A model generated the notes under the pieces. It ran no database searches, was not told where the DNA came from, and saw nothing but the letters and a program-made list of their open reading frames with translations. Positions 52,540 to 62,623 of a stretch of DNA of 64,000 nt are shown here, in pieces. The translations under genes were made by a program, and so were the position numbers. Where the stretch lies: the IMG/VR virus record IMGVR_UViG_3300038312_000168, positions 5,365 through 69,364 of that record; one strand, given 5' to 3'. The first letter of the stretch is position 1. Every line of letters starts with the position of its first letter. Source of the DNA: a virus.

Positions 52540-53370
52540 TCACTCCTTACCATTAATCAGATTATACAGTGTCGTTCCAGTAACATCATACTTACCAGGA
52601 GGATACTTTTTCTCTTTCTTACTCGATTCGATGATTGCAAAGTAATGAGCATTGTCTTTATTCATTTCCCGCACAGCATGAATAACAATCTGTGATTCAA
52701 CTGCAACCTTACTAACCCACTTTGGCACTTTCTCTGACTCTACAACCTGCCCCATTCTTACAATCGTGGTGTCAGTCTTGGGATACATAATGAAGATTAT
52801 ACCAACTTTAGCAACCTCAACACACTTGTCAAATAGATTATCAACATGCATGTTACGAATCTTCCAAAGGTTCTGATTTGCTGTTCCCTGATACTTATCT
52901 ATTTTAAGTTCAAAGCGTCCTGCATTTTCACCAATTTCAGTATATCGTTCAATTCCATCTACAATAATCCAATCAGTGTTATCCTTCTTTTTAATAACAT
53001 CGAGCAGAAACATATTCCAATCGCACACATTCTTTGATGTGCGTAACATATCTTCTGCTGTAGAACGGTCATATGGACGTAGAGAATCAAGTGCTTCAAT
53101 AGTAAGTTCACGATCCTTAATGTAATCAAGATCCAATGGTAAAACACTATTTGCATCGAATGACAAAACCTTTACATTAGAACCGGGAGTAATCATACCA
53201 TATGCAGTAGTTGTCTTACCTTCACCTTTGTTTCCATAAATTACAATAATATCTTTACTCTGTGGGGAGAGAATTGCATCATCATAGGAAAATGATGCAG
53301 TAGGATCTTCCTTCTGCTGTATCTCTTCTACTGCTTTATCTAAAGACCTTTTACCAAGTGCCATAATCAT
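52540..53370 (-). CDS. RecA-superfamily P-loop ATPase (AAA_24/Sak4-like or RadA-like)
   Basis: IIVIYGNKGEGKTTTAYG (Walker A) and DWIIVDGIE (Walker B). Confidence 0.5.
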   Translation of the reverse strand: MIMALGKRSLDKAVEEIQQKEDPTASFSYDDAILSPQSKDIIVIYGNKGEGKTTTAYGMITPGSNVKVLSFDANSVLPLDLDYIKDRELTIEALDSLRPYDRSTAEDMLRTSKNVCDWNMFLLDVIKKKDNTDWIIVDGIERYTEIGENAGRFELKIDKYQGTANQNLWKIRNMHVDNLFDKCVEVAKVGIIFIMYPKTDTTIVRMGQVVESEKVPKWVSKVAVESQIVIHAVREMNKDNAHYFAIIESSKKEKKYPPGKYDVTGTTLYNLINGKE

Positions 53371-53375
53371 TCCTC

Positions 53376-53585
53376 TTACTTACGAGCAAACACGGAAGGT
53401 AGGGATGCAACGAAAATACCAAGAACAATACCACAAACAGTCTGCATGAAACCAGTAATACCAATCATACCCAACAAAACATATGCAATGTAGCAAAATG
53501 CAGCATACCAAATGATAAGAAGTGCAATACACATTATGATTACTACAATAGCGCCAATAGTCTTTAACGCTGTAATATAATCCAT
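53376..53585 (-). CDS. small 2-TM membrane protein
   Basis: 69 aa, almost entirely hydrophobic. Confidence 0.5.
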   Translation of the reverse strand: MDYITALKTIGAIVVIIMCIALLIIWYAAFCYIAYVLLGMIGITGFMQTVCGIVLGIFVASLPSVFARK

Positions 53586-53603
53586 AATAATTACCTAAAA
53601 ATA

Positions 53604-54743
53604 TTAGAGGAAATCATCATCCTCAACAAGTTCATCAACAGTCTCTACATCCTCTGCAATCTCATACGAATCTTCAGGGCGAGAGAATTTAGGATCGGTG
53701 ACGAAACCAAACAGACTACCGGATGCCTCACCCTTCTTATTGAAGTAAGGCTTGAAACATGCAATTCCTACTGCCTGCTCACAAAGACCTGCAACTGTAT
53801 TCAATTCACAAGAAAGTGTAACATTACCCTCAAATCCATCATCAAGAGGCGTCACTTCAACATATGCGTAAGTATCAAAAATACTAATCTTGGAAATGAT
53901 TACCTCTGCAAGTAAGAACATCTGCTCCTTATACTCTCCATTTACTACCTGATTCGCAACGTCATATACATCCTCAAAAGCAGCACAGTTATCTCCAAGT
54001 GAATCCTCTACGAGCGTAACAAATTCATCGTAATCAAACTCATCATCGAGTTCAACAAGTTTAGATGTGTTAATTCCAGTAGAGATGTTTACGATATCTT
54101 TATTCTCATCCTTGCACGTTCCCTTGAACATATAAACCTTACCAAATTCAGGAACAAAGTTTACAGGGTCTTTTATAAACACATTTCCCGGTTTAACTTC
54201 ACCAGAATTGGGCATTTCAAAGAATCCAAATGCTCTATTCTCCATTTGAACCTTCGGAACCTTCTTTCCAATTAAGAAAGACTGAAATGTAGTAGTATTC
54301 TTCTTAGTGTAAAGCAGATTACCATCTACATCAATCAGACCATCGGTGATAGCGTTTTCCTTCCACTCATCACCAAACATCTTCTGATGTATTACAACCT
54401 GCTCTTCTGCTTCCTTGTAAGCCTTCTCTGTGACATTACGTGGTCGAGTATAACCAAAGAAGAAACCCTTAATCGGTGTCATGTTAGAACGCAATGCGGC
54501 ATTATAAGAACCAACAATCGATTTAATGGTAACAATACTTGCCTTAGACGCGGTAATACCATCCCGCTTCATGTATTCAGCAAAGCGTTTCTTATACTCT
54601 GCCATAATAACATCGGGACGCTCTCCGGCCTTTTCTGCAATCTCATTGATTCTTGCTACAATGCTCTCATCCACATCGGTGGACTTGTCTTTCTTACTTT
54701 TCAATGCCAATCTAAGCACCAATATGTTATTGGTGAGTTCCAC
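53604..54743 (-). CDS. putative ssDNA-binding protein
   Basis: Lies within the replisome operon. The acidic C-terminal tail ...EDVETVDELVEDDDFL resembles SSB / T7 gp2.5 tails. GTG start with no SD. Confidence 0.35.
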   Translation of the reverse strand: MELTNNILVLRLALKSKKDKSTDVDESIVARINEIAEKAGERPDVIMAEYKKRFAEYMKRDGITASKASIVTIKSIVGSYNAALRSNMTPIKGFFFGYTRPRNVTEKAYKEAEEQVVIHQKMFGDEWKENAITDGLIDVDGNLLYTKKNTTTFQSFLIGKKVPKVQMENRAFGFFEMPNSGEVKPGNVFIKDPVNFVPEFGKVYMFKGTCKDENKDIVNISTGINTSKLVELDDEFDYDEFVTLVEDSLGDNCAAFEDVYDVANQVVNGEYKEQMFLLAEVIISKISIFDTYAYVEVTPLDDGFEGNVTLSCELNTVAGLCEQAVGIACFKPYFNKKGEASGSLFGFVTDPKFSRPEDSYEIAEDVETVDELVEDDDFL

Positions 54744-54760
54744 TATAAAAAAGATTTGAT

Positions 54761-56263
54761 TTAAGATAGCATGTATACGGTGGTATCTTCTTCCTTATTC
54801 TTTAATACACGCATCTTTCCACTTTCTATGAGTAATGCAATGAGTTTTTCAGAAGAACTCTCACCGGCACCAAAATTCTTGAAGAACACTTTTTGCCATT
54901 CTTCTTTTGTGTAGCGCATACCAATATATTCCCGACGTAAGCGCATAACAAGCCTGTTTAACTTTTCGTTGCGTCCTGTGTTGTTAGAAATGATATAGAA
55001 CGCTACAGAACGCATGGCAGGGAACAATAAACGTGCGGCATTGTGTGCATCCTCTCTATCAATATAATTACGATAGTTCATCATAGCGAAGAGTGCAGCC
55101 ACTTTAATGAAATTAATTGATACACGCGACACCATCGATTCCCACGCTTCAATTTGTTCAGGATTCAACCCCGGAACAATATTGCGTAATTCTGTAATGT
55201 ATTCGTTGATAATCTCATCTACACCCGCGCGCATATAGATAGTTTCTGTATCCTTATGCATATTTTGTAAGTTTTCTACTTCTTCCTTCAGTTTCTTACG
55301 CAGTTTATCTTGTAACCTCTTTTTGTCCTTGCGCTTCTTTTCTGCCTCAGAAATATCATCTACAAAGGAAGGAATAGCACTTACAATATACTCTGAAGTC
55401 TTTGTGCGCTTGATAGGATCTTCCGGCTGCACATAAACAATCATGCGCGGGAATAAACCTTTCTTGAACAAGTGGGTATACGTATCCAAATGATAACTTG
55501 TAATCACGATAGAACAAGCAGGATTCGAGTGAATGCGGTTATCTGTAGAAGTAATCATATTACCCTTAGAACCAATGCGATTCATGGTTTTATCAAGTAT
55601 AGCCTGAATGCGAATCTTCTTATGGTCAAGGACCGCTTCACCCTCATCAAATACCACATAATCAAAAGATGCTAAAATCCCAGGTTCAATCGGATCAACC
55701 CAACCTCTATCTTTCTTACTAAATGCATTGATACGCATATTATTGGAAACAATCTTCTTATTGATTTCTCCAATCAATTTATTAATTTTAAATTCACCCA
55801 CGGAATAATATGATTTATCCGCTATATCAGCAAATTCAGCAAGTATATCATTAAATTCACTCTTTGCCATACCCGAAGGCATTATAACACACGCATGAAG
55901 GCGCAAATCATCTTTTACGCCACGTTCAACACGCACATGATTAAAGAGTTGTGATAGTGCTACAAACCCATAGATGTCACATGCATCTGCATTGAGCACA
56001 ACGCGCGTATTCCAATATTCACGCCACAAATCAAGGAAGTTATATCCCTCACGATTACTTGATAAATCTTTGACTAAAATATCACTCTTACGCTGTAAAT
56101 ATTTCATCTGATATATGCGCTGTTCACGCGTATATTCTTCAAATCCAAAGATTTCAAAATATTCTTCACCATAAACATCAAGGCACAGTTCATTGATTCG
56201 TTGCACCAATTCTTCATCATTAAGGTATCCAACCTCATCTTCTAACGGTATTTCATAATCCAT
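54761..56263 (-). CDS. MCM-like AAA+ replicative helicase (minimal)
   Basis: MPSGMAKSEF compares with GDPGxAKS; GILASFDYVVFDEGEAV with GALVLADGGVCCIDEFDKM; ACSIVITS with sensor 1; LFPRMIV with SRFDLI. Confidence 0.6.
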   Translation of the reverse strand: MDYEIPLEDEVGYLNDEELVQRINELCLDVYGEEYFEIFGFEEYTREQRIYQMKYLQRKSDILVKDLSSNREGYNFLDLWREYWNTRVVLNADACDIYGFVALSQLFNHVRVERGVKDDLRLHACVIMPSGMAKSEFNDILAEFADIADKSYYSVGEFKINKLIGEINKKIVSNNMRINAFSKKDRGWVDPIEPGILASFDYVVFDEGEAVLDHKKIRIQAILDKTMNRIGSKGNMITSTDNRIHSNPACSIVITSYHLDTYTHLFKKGLFPRMIVYVQPEDPIKRTKTSEYIVSAIPSFVDDISEAEKKRKDKKRLQDKLRKKLKEEVENLQNMHKDTETIYMRAGVDEIINEYITELRNIVPGLNPEQIEAWESMVSRVSINFIKVAALFAMMNYRNYIDREDAHNAARLLFPAMRSVAFYIISNNTGRNEKLNRLVMRLRREYIGMRYTKEEWQKVFFKNFGAGESSSEKLIALLIESGKMRVLKNKEEDTTVYMLS

Positions 56264-56264
56264 T

Positions 56265-57155
56265 TTAAATTCCTCTTACATAAGAATAATCTTCAAATAA
56301 TAATTCATCGGGCAAAACCCACTGTTGCCTAAATGTATTCATTCTCTGTAATTCCTGATTAATAACAGTGGGTGTGATTGCGCTACTAGTGTAAGAACGC
56401 ATGTTTCCATCATAAAGGGTAGAGAAATTACGATTATCATACATCATGCCTGTATTCCTTACTGTGTTCCCCTGAAGTGCGATTAATCGTGTCCTGCACC
56501 TATAATGAAGTGGTGGACGATAGTATTGTGCTACACTTGCAGGAAAAATAGAACCGTGTAACATGCGGCATATATCTGATGTTCTATGATCAATTACTGC
56601 CTGGAACTGAAAATAATTTGTCCCATTATCAATATATGTCTGCGTTGTTGCATAATTGTAAATATCATTTACAAGCGTCCTTGCAACAATTCCTGTGCGA
56701 TGTGCAAATGAATCATTGTAAACATTGAGTAATCGCTGTTGAACCTGATGCACAGTCATTTTTGCAATTTCATCTATCGTGTAAGTGGCATAGAAACGAT
56801 TAGAAACATCGCGCATGATATTCTTTCCACTTGACCAAAAGAGCACAGCAATAAGATATTCTATCAATGCGATATCACGATACTCATCAACTACATCTTC
56901 TGCTGCATACACTTGATAATCGCTCTTTTCTACCTCTGTTATACCAAGTGTAAGGACATCATAAATATTATTGGAAACTTTAACACGCGAAACAGGACGG
57001 TTCAACTCTGTAATCAATGCACGTTCAAGTGCATCATTGATTTGATACTTGTTTGGAATACTTGTAATAGAACGGGTAAAAAAGGTATTCAGGGTTCTAC
57101 TCATACGAGTTTCTTGCTGAATTACTTTTCTTTCGTTGTAATAACTTAAAACCAT
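56265..57155 (-). CDS. head morphogenesis protein, Mu F / SPP1 gp7 family
   Basis: DHRTSDICRMLHGSIF matches the family signature D.rt...C..l.G.vf. Confidence 0.6.
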   Translation of the reverse strand: MVLSYYNERKVIQQETRMSRTLNTFFTRSITSIPNKYQINDALERALITELNRPVSRVKVSNNIYDVLTLGITEVEKSDYQVYAAEDVVDEYRDIALIEYLIAVLFWSSGKNIMRDVSNRFYATYTIDEIAKMTVHQVQQRLLNVYNDSFAHRTGIVARTLVNDIYNYATTQTYIDNGTNYFQFQAVIDHRTSDICRMLHGSIFPASVAQYYRPPLHYRCRTRLIALQGNTVRNTGMMYDNRNFSTLYDGNMRSYTSSAITPTVINQELQRMNTFRQQWVLPDELLFEDYSYVRGI

Positions 57156-57898
57156 GTTTCTAATCCTTGTTTACTCTCTTGAATTACAACGGGTTTATGA
57201 TTCTTAATCCTTTCAAGAATAATATCATAATACCCTTTATCTAATTCAAATCCAATGTAATTCCTATTTGTGTTCATACAAGCGATTGCAGTAGTACCAC
57301 TACCCATACAATTATCTAAAACAGTATCACCTTCATTTGTATAAGTTTTAATAAGATATTCAAATAATTCAACAGGTTTTTGGGTTGGATGAATAGTTTT
57401 ACCAACACTTTTAAATTCTAAAATTGAACGTGGATAATTAGTTTTTTCTTGAAAATTAACCTTACCACTGTCTCCATAACAATTACCGTTATTACCACGT
57501 TTAACAACCTTATTAAAATCAATTACATTTTGTGGATTATATGTTGGTTGTTTTTGATAAAATACTAATATTTCTTCATGATTTTTCATAGGCATTCTTT
57601 TTGCATTCAAATGACCTGTTGCTGATGTTTTTTTCCAAACCCATGAATATTTTAACATTTTAATATTGGATGCGCCCAACAATGAAGTAAATGGTTGACT
57701 TCCTGTAAGAACAATAGCACCATTATCTTTTATAATTCTTTTATATTGTTCCCACAATAAATCAAGGGGTATAACACTATCCCACTTGTTTTGAGTAGTC
57801 CCATAAGGAAGATCGCAAAGAATCATATCAACTGACTTATCTTCAATCCGATTCATCCCTTCTAAACAATCCTCATTATAAACAACATTCAACTCCAT
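57146..57898 (-). CDS. beta-class DNA methyltransferase (N6-A or N4-C)
   Basis: MILCDLPYGT carries the (D/S)PPY-type motif first; VLDNCMGSGTTAIAC is the SAM-binding motif near the C-terminus. Confidence 0.75.
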   Translation of the reverse strand: MELNVVYNEDCLEGMNRIEDKSVDMILCDLPYGTTQNKWDSVIPLDLLWEQYKRIIKDNGAIVLTGSQPFTSLLGASNIKMLKYSWVWKKTSATGHLNAKRMPMKNHEEILVFYQKQPTYNPQNVIDFNKVVKRGNNGNCYGDSGKVNFQEKTNYPRSILEFKSVGKTIHPTQKPVELFEYLIKTYTNEGDTVLDNCMGSGTTAIACMNTNRNYIGFELDKGYYDIILERIKNHKPVVIQESKQGLETWF

Positions 57899-57948
57899 GT
57901 ATATCACTATTTTATTTCCTGTAACAACATTAAAAAGGTTGTTATATG

Positions 57949-59310
57949 TTATTCTTCACTAGGATATTTCATTCCATTATCAGTAGGTTTTCTACTCTTT
58001 CTTCCACGCTTCAGAAGTTCAATGGTGTTATCTCCAGTGTCGCGCTCATCTTTCTCAATCATTTCTTTTGGGAATCCAAGTGAAATACGCAGTTCAGGTT
58101 TATTAATAACAGACATCGTGTAAGCATCAAGTAAATCACCCGGCTGCACAGCAGGTTTTGATAACTCTTCAAAGACTACTTTAATATCATCGGGATTCTT
58201 ACCCATTGCAACCGCGCGTTGTTTGACAATTCCACCTTCATCATTCAGAATACTCATGATCTTCTTCTGCAACCCTTCGAGCACCACTAACCTATCTGCC
58301 TCACTTACATAACCGGCAGCATAAGTTGTCCCTTCCGCTCTGCCCATTGTAAGAGGAGCCTGCAATAGTCCAACCTGAATATCGGTTTCAAGTGATTCTT
58401 TGAATCCAGTAACATTGATGTTACTTCCACCCGAATCTAACTGTTTAATGTCAAATCCTGCACCAATAATATCCTGATTCTCTGCAATATACTGATGCTC
58501 ATCGCTCAATTCCTGCATGATTTCCTGTGCTTCTACCATTGAAATATCACCGGAAGCAAGCATATCACCAAGAATACGGTAGTCAATAAAGTAACGTCCA
58601 ATACCATACTTTTTAATGTAATTAGTGTAACCTTCAACCAAATCTAAGTATTTATAAATCAAATCCTCAACAGGCGTAATCAAAGAAGTGCCGTAGATAC
58701 CATACGTTTCTCTACCTAAAATATCTCTAAACGTGTAATCATAGGAACAGAATGAACCATACATTACCTGTTCAGGACGGTAAGAACCCGCTTCTAAATC
58801 ATTGAGATTTCCTAACTCATTGACATAAAAACGATTAACGGGAGGAGTAAGAATAAAAGTGGTATCTGCACTACCTTTTGTTACACCGCGCGGAACAATA
58901 GTAGTCTGACTCATCAGAAGAGGATCAAAACTCATCTTTTCAGGATTCTTCATATTATTATAAAGTCCTACGTAAGTTCCATCCCTACAAAGTAATCGTG
59001 CAAGAGTCTGCGTTTTCTCTTCAAAATTAGTGCGCTCTGACCACTTTTCATAATTCTTTACAAGCGATGATTTTCCCTCAAATCTAATACCTTTTACAAG
59101 CGTAAGGGCAAGTTTCTGAAGTGGAATGAACACATGAGGACTTGTAATCGAAAGTTCTCGATACAGATTGAATTTATTTTTTGTATCGAAATTCCTGTAA
59201 GCACCCGCACTATATTTTGTTTCCTTGCGCTCTATTCCAGTTGATGCAAAAACCTTAACAATTTTAGATTTTTTCTGCTCTAAATCTATTGATGCATTTA
59301 CATTATCCAT
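57949..59310 (-). CDS. portal protein
   Basis: 453 aa starting 2 nt downstream of the TerL stop; size and synteny fit a portal. Confidence 0.6.
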   Translation of the reverse strand: MDNVNASIDLEQKKSKIVKVFASTGIERKETKYSAGAYRNFDTKNKFNLYRELSITSPHVFIPLQKLALTLVKGIRFEGKSSLVKNYEKWSERTNFEEKTQTLARLLCRDGTYVGLYNNMKNPEKMSFDPLLMSQTTIVPRGVTKGSADTTFILTPPVNRFYVNELGNLNDLEAGSYRPEQVMYGSFCSYDYTFRDILGRETYGIYGTSLITPVEDLIYKYLDLVEGYTNYIKKYGIGRYFIDYRILGDMLASGDISMVEAQEIMQELSDEHQYIAENQDIIGAGFDIKQLDSGGSNINVTGFKESLETDIQVGLLQAPLTMGRAEGTTYAAGYVSEADRLVVLEGLQKKIMSILNDEGGIVKQRAVAMGKNPDDIKVVFEELSKPAVQPGDLLDAYTMSVINKPELRISLGFPKEMIEKDERDTGDNTIELLKRGRKSRKPTDNGMKYPSEE

Positions 59311-59311
59311 A

Positions 59312-61834
59312 TTAATGTCTCCTATTTATTCCAATCATGAATTTACGTTTACTGCGTGTTCCTTTGTCTATTAATGTTGAACCTCTATTGATTGTCATTC
59401 GCACAAGTCCTTCGAGTGCATCCGGGGCATCATCGTGTTTATGGACCGGATACCGCACTAATTGATTAATCAACTCAGGATATGATTCAGTCCAATCATC
59501 ACGGAACAAAACTTTACCCGATGTAACAAAAGGTTCAACAGACTCAATACGAATCCGCTTTCTCTTCTGATTCTTGATTTCTTTAATCTTCATGCGCTTA
59601 CGCATGTCTTTGATTTTATCATTACGATCTTTGAGAAATTGTGAAATAAGACTCTGGAAACCATTTGTTTCAATACCCAATTCTTCACAATTATAAAAAT
59701 TGTAATAATACACCATTTTTTCAATTGAAACATTAGGTGGTGATGTATTACTCAACCAACAATCACGCACGTAAAGAACATGGTCCTTAATTGCACCCAC
59801 AACAATTACACAATAATCATTTTCATTACCAAGTGCCGGATCAACGTAAATAACATGCTTACAATCCTTGAAATAAGGATTCTGTGCGCGTTCTTGTGGG
59901 AGTTTAAGTTCAGTGTAATAATGTAAGTTATCTATTTTGAACAGTTGTGTTTCAGATGGTAATGGTTGATTCAAATACTGACTTGAAAATTCTACTGCAC
60001 CCTTTTCGATACGTAATGCTTGAATCTTTTGTTCATCATAAATTGATGGATACTTTGGTTTACCATTTTCATCTATAATAGAATCAATCTCAATGTCATA
60101 ACGCATAAATTCAGGTATTTTTGGATTTTGCTCGATAATTTCGCCGTAAATTTCATCGTCGGACCATCGAGTTCCTATCACCATTAATAGACCATCAGGC
60201 TCCAAAATAGAGATTAAATCTTTATACCAACGTTTCTTTTGTTCTCGAACTGTAACCGACTCACGATCTTGCGTATTGCACTGGCCTAGATTCAATCCTT
60301 TTCCATTTCTACGAACATAAATTACATGATTTGGCACTTCTACACAATACACTTTACCGTCATAATCTGTTTTATACCAATTTTTTTTACTTACGAATGG
60401 TTCACAACGTCCTAAATTAAATTCAGTTAAATTATAAGTGGTTGTTCTATATTTTTTACCTGTTGGATTAACAGTGTTTGTAATTCTAGAATTAACATTG
60501 GCTGTGCTACCAACCTTTATAATTAATTCTTGTATATCATCAGCCAATTGTTTTGATGAAGTATAATAACATTTACTACCATGATTATTATAAGAACCAT
60601 CACCCATATGAAAACCATCTAAAAATCTTCTAATTAATATAGGTGACAATTCTTTAACAAATGCTGGAATCTTTTTCTCTCTTGCTTTCAAACCACACTG
60701 TGATACAAAATTTGCTAATTGAGAAGAATGAATACGAAAATCAATTACACCATCTTTATTTTTACGTTCAATATATTTATAAGGTAATTTATTAAGTATT
60801 TCCCTTATTAAAACACATTTATCAGAATTTACTTTTTCGGATTGTGATAAACTAACACAATTAAAATTAATCCCAAATCTTGAACTTACTGAACCATCGG
60901 CAATAAAAAAACCAAGAAATTCAAGGAAATCACCCATATCAATTTCTTTTCTATTTTCAATAAAATTGTTTCTATATCTTACTTCATTTAAAACAATCTT
61001 TTCTTTATTAACCCCTTTCCAAACTCCATTCTTTTTAAAATGACCACACATTCCATAAATATCATCTACTTTTTCTATTTTATAATTTTTACTAATGTTT
61101 CTTTTAAAATACATATTATGATCAGGTGTTACAAGAAAATCAATCGTAGGATGATTGACCCCAATCATTTCACCTTTATAATCTTTCTCAATGTAACGAA
61201 TTGGTTTTTGATATTCAATTTCATCTGTTTCAGGATTTAACGTAGCAACAAGATCAACGCCTTTATCTAAATCCTTAAACAATTTCCATCCATTATTTGT
61301 AAGCACTTCGGTTTTATCATCAAAACAAACATCATCAAGAATGATAATATCATAATGTTCTGACGTTAATGCAGCAAGAGCGCCACGCGCTTTTAGGTTT
61401 GGTTCCTTCTTTACAATGCGTGGATTCAAAACTACTTCTTGCTGATTATCTCTCGATATAGGATTATCATTACCAAAGTCTGTAAAGAATTGTTTAATAT
61501 TCTCATTCTTTGTTAATTGTTCCTTAATTTCAGAAAGAATTTGCTCTGCTAAATCGTTGGTTGCAGATGTAATGAGAATACGTAAGGTGAATTTACCATC
61601 ATGTTTCACGTAATCATCAAGCAGACGATCAATAACAAAAGAAACATCGTAAATAGTAGTCTTGTAAGTTCCACGCGGTTTTAACCGCATAATACGTTTG
61701 CGAGTCTTAATAACTTCTTCAAGGTTATCACACCACTCTTTATGAACATCTTTAGTTATTTTCTCGTAACCAAGCATGTATTTTGCAATGTTAAAAAGAG
61801 TAAGATGTTTACCATGATAAACAATATTTGACAT
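59312..61834 (-). CDS. terL: terminase large subunit interrupted by an intein
   Basis: PRGTYKTT (P-loop-like), Walker B YDIIILDDV followed by the insertion, VIGTRWSDDEIYG, and nuclease motifs VIYVDPALGNENDYCVIVV and HDDAPDALEGL. Confidence 0.85.
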   Translation of the reverse strand: MSNIVYHGKHLTLFNIAKYMLGYEKITKDVHKEWCDNLEEVIKTRKRIMRLKPRGTYKTTIYDVSFVIDRLLDDYVKHDGKFTLRILITSATNDLAEQILSEIKEQLTKNENIKQFFTDFGNDNPISRDNQQEVVLNPRIVKKEPNLKARGALAALTSEHYDIIILDDVCFDDKTEVLTNNGWKLFKDLDKGVDLVATLNPETDEIEYQKPIRYIEKDYKGEMIGVNHPTIDFLVTPDHNMYFKRNISKNYKIEKVDDIYGMCGHFKKNGVWKGVNKEKIVLNEVRYRNNFIENRKEIDMGDFLEFLGFFIADGSVSSRFGINFNCVSLSQSEKVNSDKCVLIREILNKLPYKYIERKNKDGVIDFRIHSSQLANFVSQCGLKAREKKIPAFVKELSPILIRRFLDGFHMGDGSYNNHGSKCYYTSSKQLADDIQELIIKVGSTANVNSRITNTVNPTGKKYRTTTYNLTEFNLGRCEPFVSKKNWYKTDYDGKVYCVEVPNHVIYVRRNGKGLNLGQCNTQDRESVTVREQKKRWYKDLISILEPDGLLMVIGTRWSDDEIYGEIIEQNPKIPEFMRYDIEIDSIIDENGKPKYPSIYDEQKIQALRIEKGAVEFSSQYLNQPLPSETQLFKIDNLHYYTELKLPQERAQNPYFKDCKHVIYVDPALGNENDYCVIVVGAIKDHVLYVRDCWLSNTSPPNVSIEKMVYYYNFYNCEELGIETNGFQSLISQFLKDRNDKIKDMRKRMKIKEIKNQKRKRIRIESVEPFVTSGKVLFRDDWTESYPELINQLVRYPVHKHDDAPDALEGLVRMTINRGSTLIDKGTRSKRKFMIGINRRH
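60275..61327 (-). mobile_element. intein (about 351 aa) with a double-motif LAGLIDADG endonuclease
   Basis: Starts CFDDKTEVLTNNGW directly after Walker B. Internal LGFFIADGSV and FLDGFHMGDGSY. Ends ...GLNLGQCN before TQDRES. The exact C-terminal boundary is ambiguous. Confidence 0.7.
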
Positions 61835-61836
61835 TA

Positions 61837-62322
61837 TTACTCTTCATCAATATACTGCACCCAGGCAGGAACAATATGTTCAACCTTATCAACAATTTCA
61901 CCGTCAAGACGCGCTTTTAACAAAAGAAGTTCACGCTTCTCACGTAAGAGTTTTGCATGAGTAGGACTATTCTCCTTACCCTCTAAAACCATTCTACGTT
62001 CAAGTAGATTGATTTTAGCAAGTTCCTCTGTAATGACATCGACATTTTCCGTGTCCTTAATCTTCTGAATCTCAATATCTAAATCGGATTCAGCACTCTC
62101 ATCATACTCAAAAAAGATATGCTCACGATGCAACTTGAGATCAGCGACATCAACAAAGATACCATCCTGTTCAAGTTTATTTTTCAGTTCATTGATGGGA
62201 ATACTTGCCGTAAAAAGAATTGGGTCAACCGCTGCACTCAAATCTGGATTCTGACAAAACACACAACCCTTAACATTTTTATTGGAAACAATCTTGTCTC
62301 CAACTTTTACACCCTGTTTCAT
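61837..62322 (-). CDS. terminase small subunit candidate
   Basis: 161 aa directly upstream of terL; coiled-coil C-terminal half; SD GAGGTA. Assigned from position only. Confidence 0.35.
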   Translation of the reverse strand: MKQGVKVGDKIVSNKNVKGCVFCQNPDLSAAVDPILFTASIPINELKNKLEQDGIFVDVADLKLHREHIFFEYDESAESDLDIEIQKIKDTENVDVITEELAKINLLERRMVLEGKENSPTHAKLLREKRELLLLKARLDGEIVDKVEHIVPAWVQYIDEE

Positions 62323-62446
62323 GTAAGATACCTCGAAAAATAGTTAATATAAAATAGATAGTATAATATCTTAAAATACTACTATTTAAATGTTTCGTTT
62401 AAAAGAGAGAAAAAGTTGAGAAAAGTGTAAGAATAATGAGAAAAAG

Positions 62447-62614
62447 TTAAGAAATTAGAATATAATCATTAAAATTTTCATACATAGCAGGATATTGTAT
62501 TCCTACCTCAAAAATTGATTCACCCTCAGATGTACAATTAAAATATCTTATTTCCATTTCTTGACAATCAGAATCAAACTCTTGTAACTTTTCAATTAAC
62601 TCATAAACCTTCAT
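62447..62614 (-). CDS. MKVxELIxKL-family small protein, paralog A (55 aa)
   Basis: My translation is MKVYELIEKLQEFDSDCQEMEIRYFNCTSEGESIFEVGIQYPAMYENFNDYILIS*. Confidence 0.5.
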   Translation of the reverse strand: MKVYELIEKLQEFDSDCQEMEIRYFNCTSEGESIFEVGIQYPAMYENFNDYILIS

Positions 62615-62623
62615 TACAATCAC

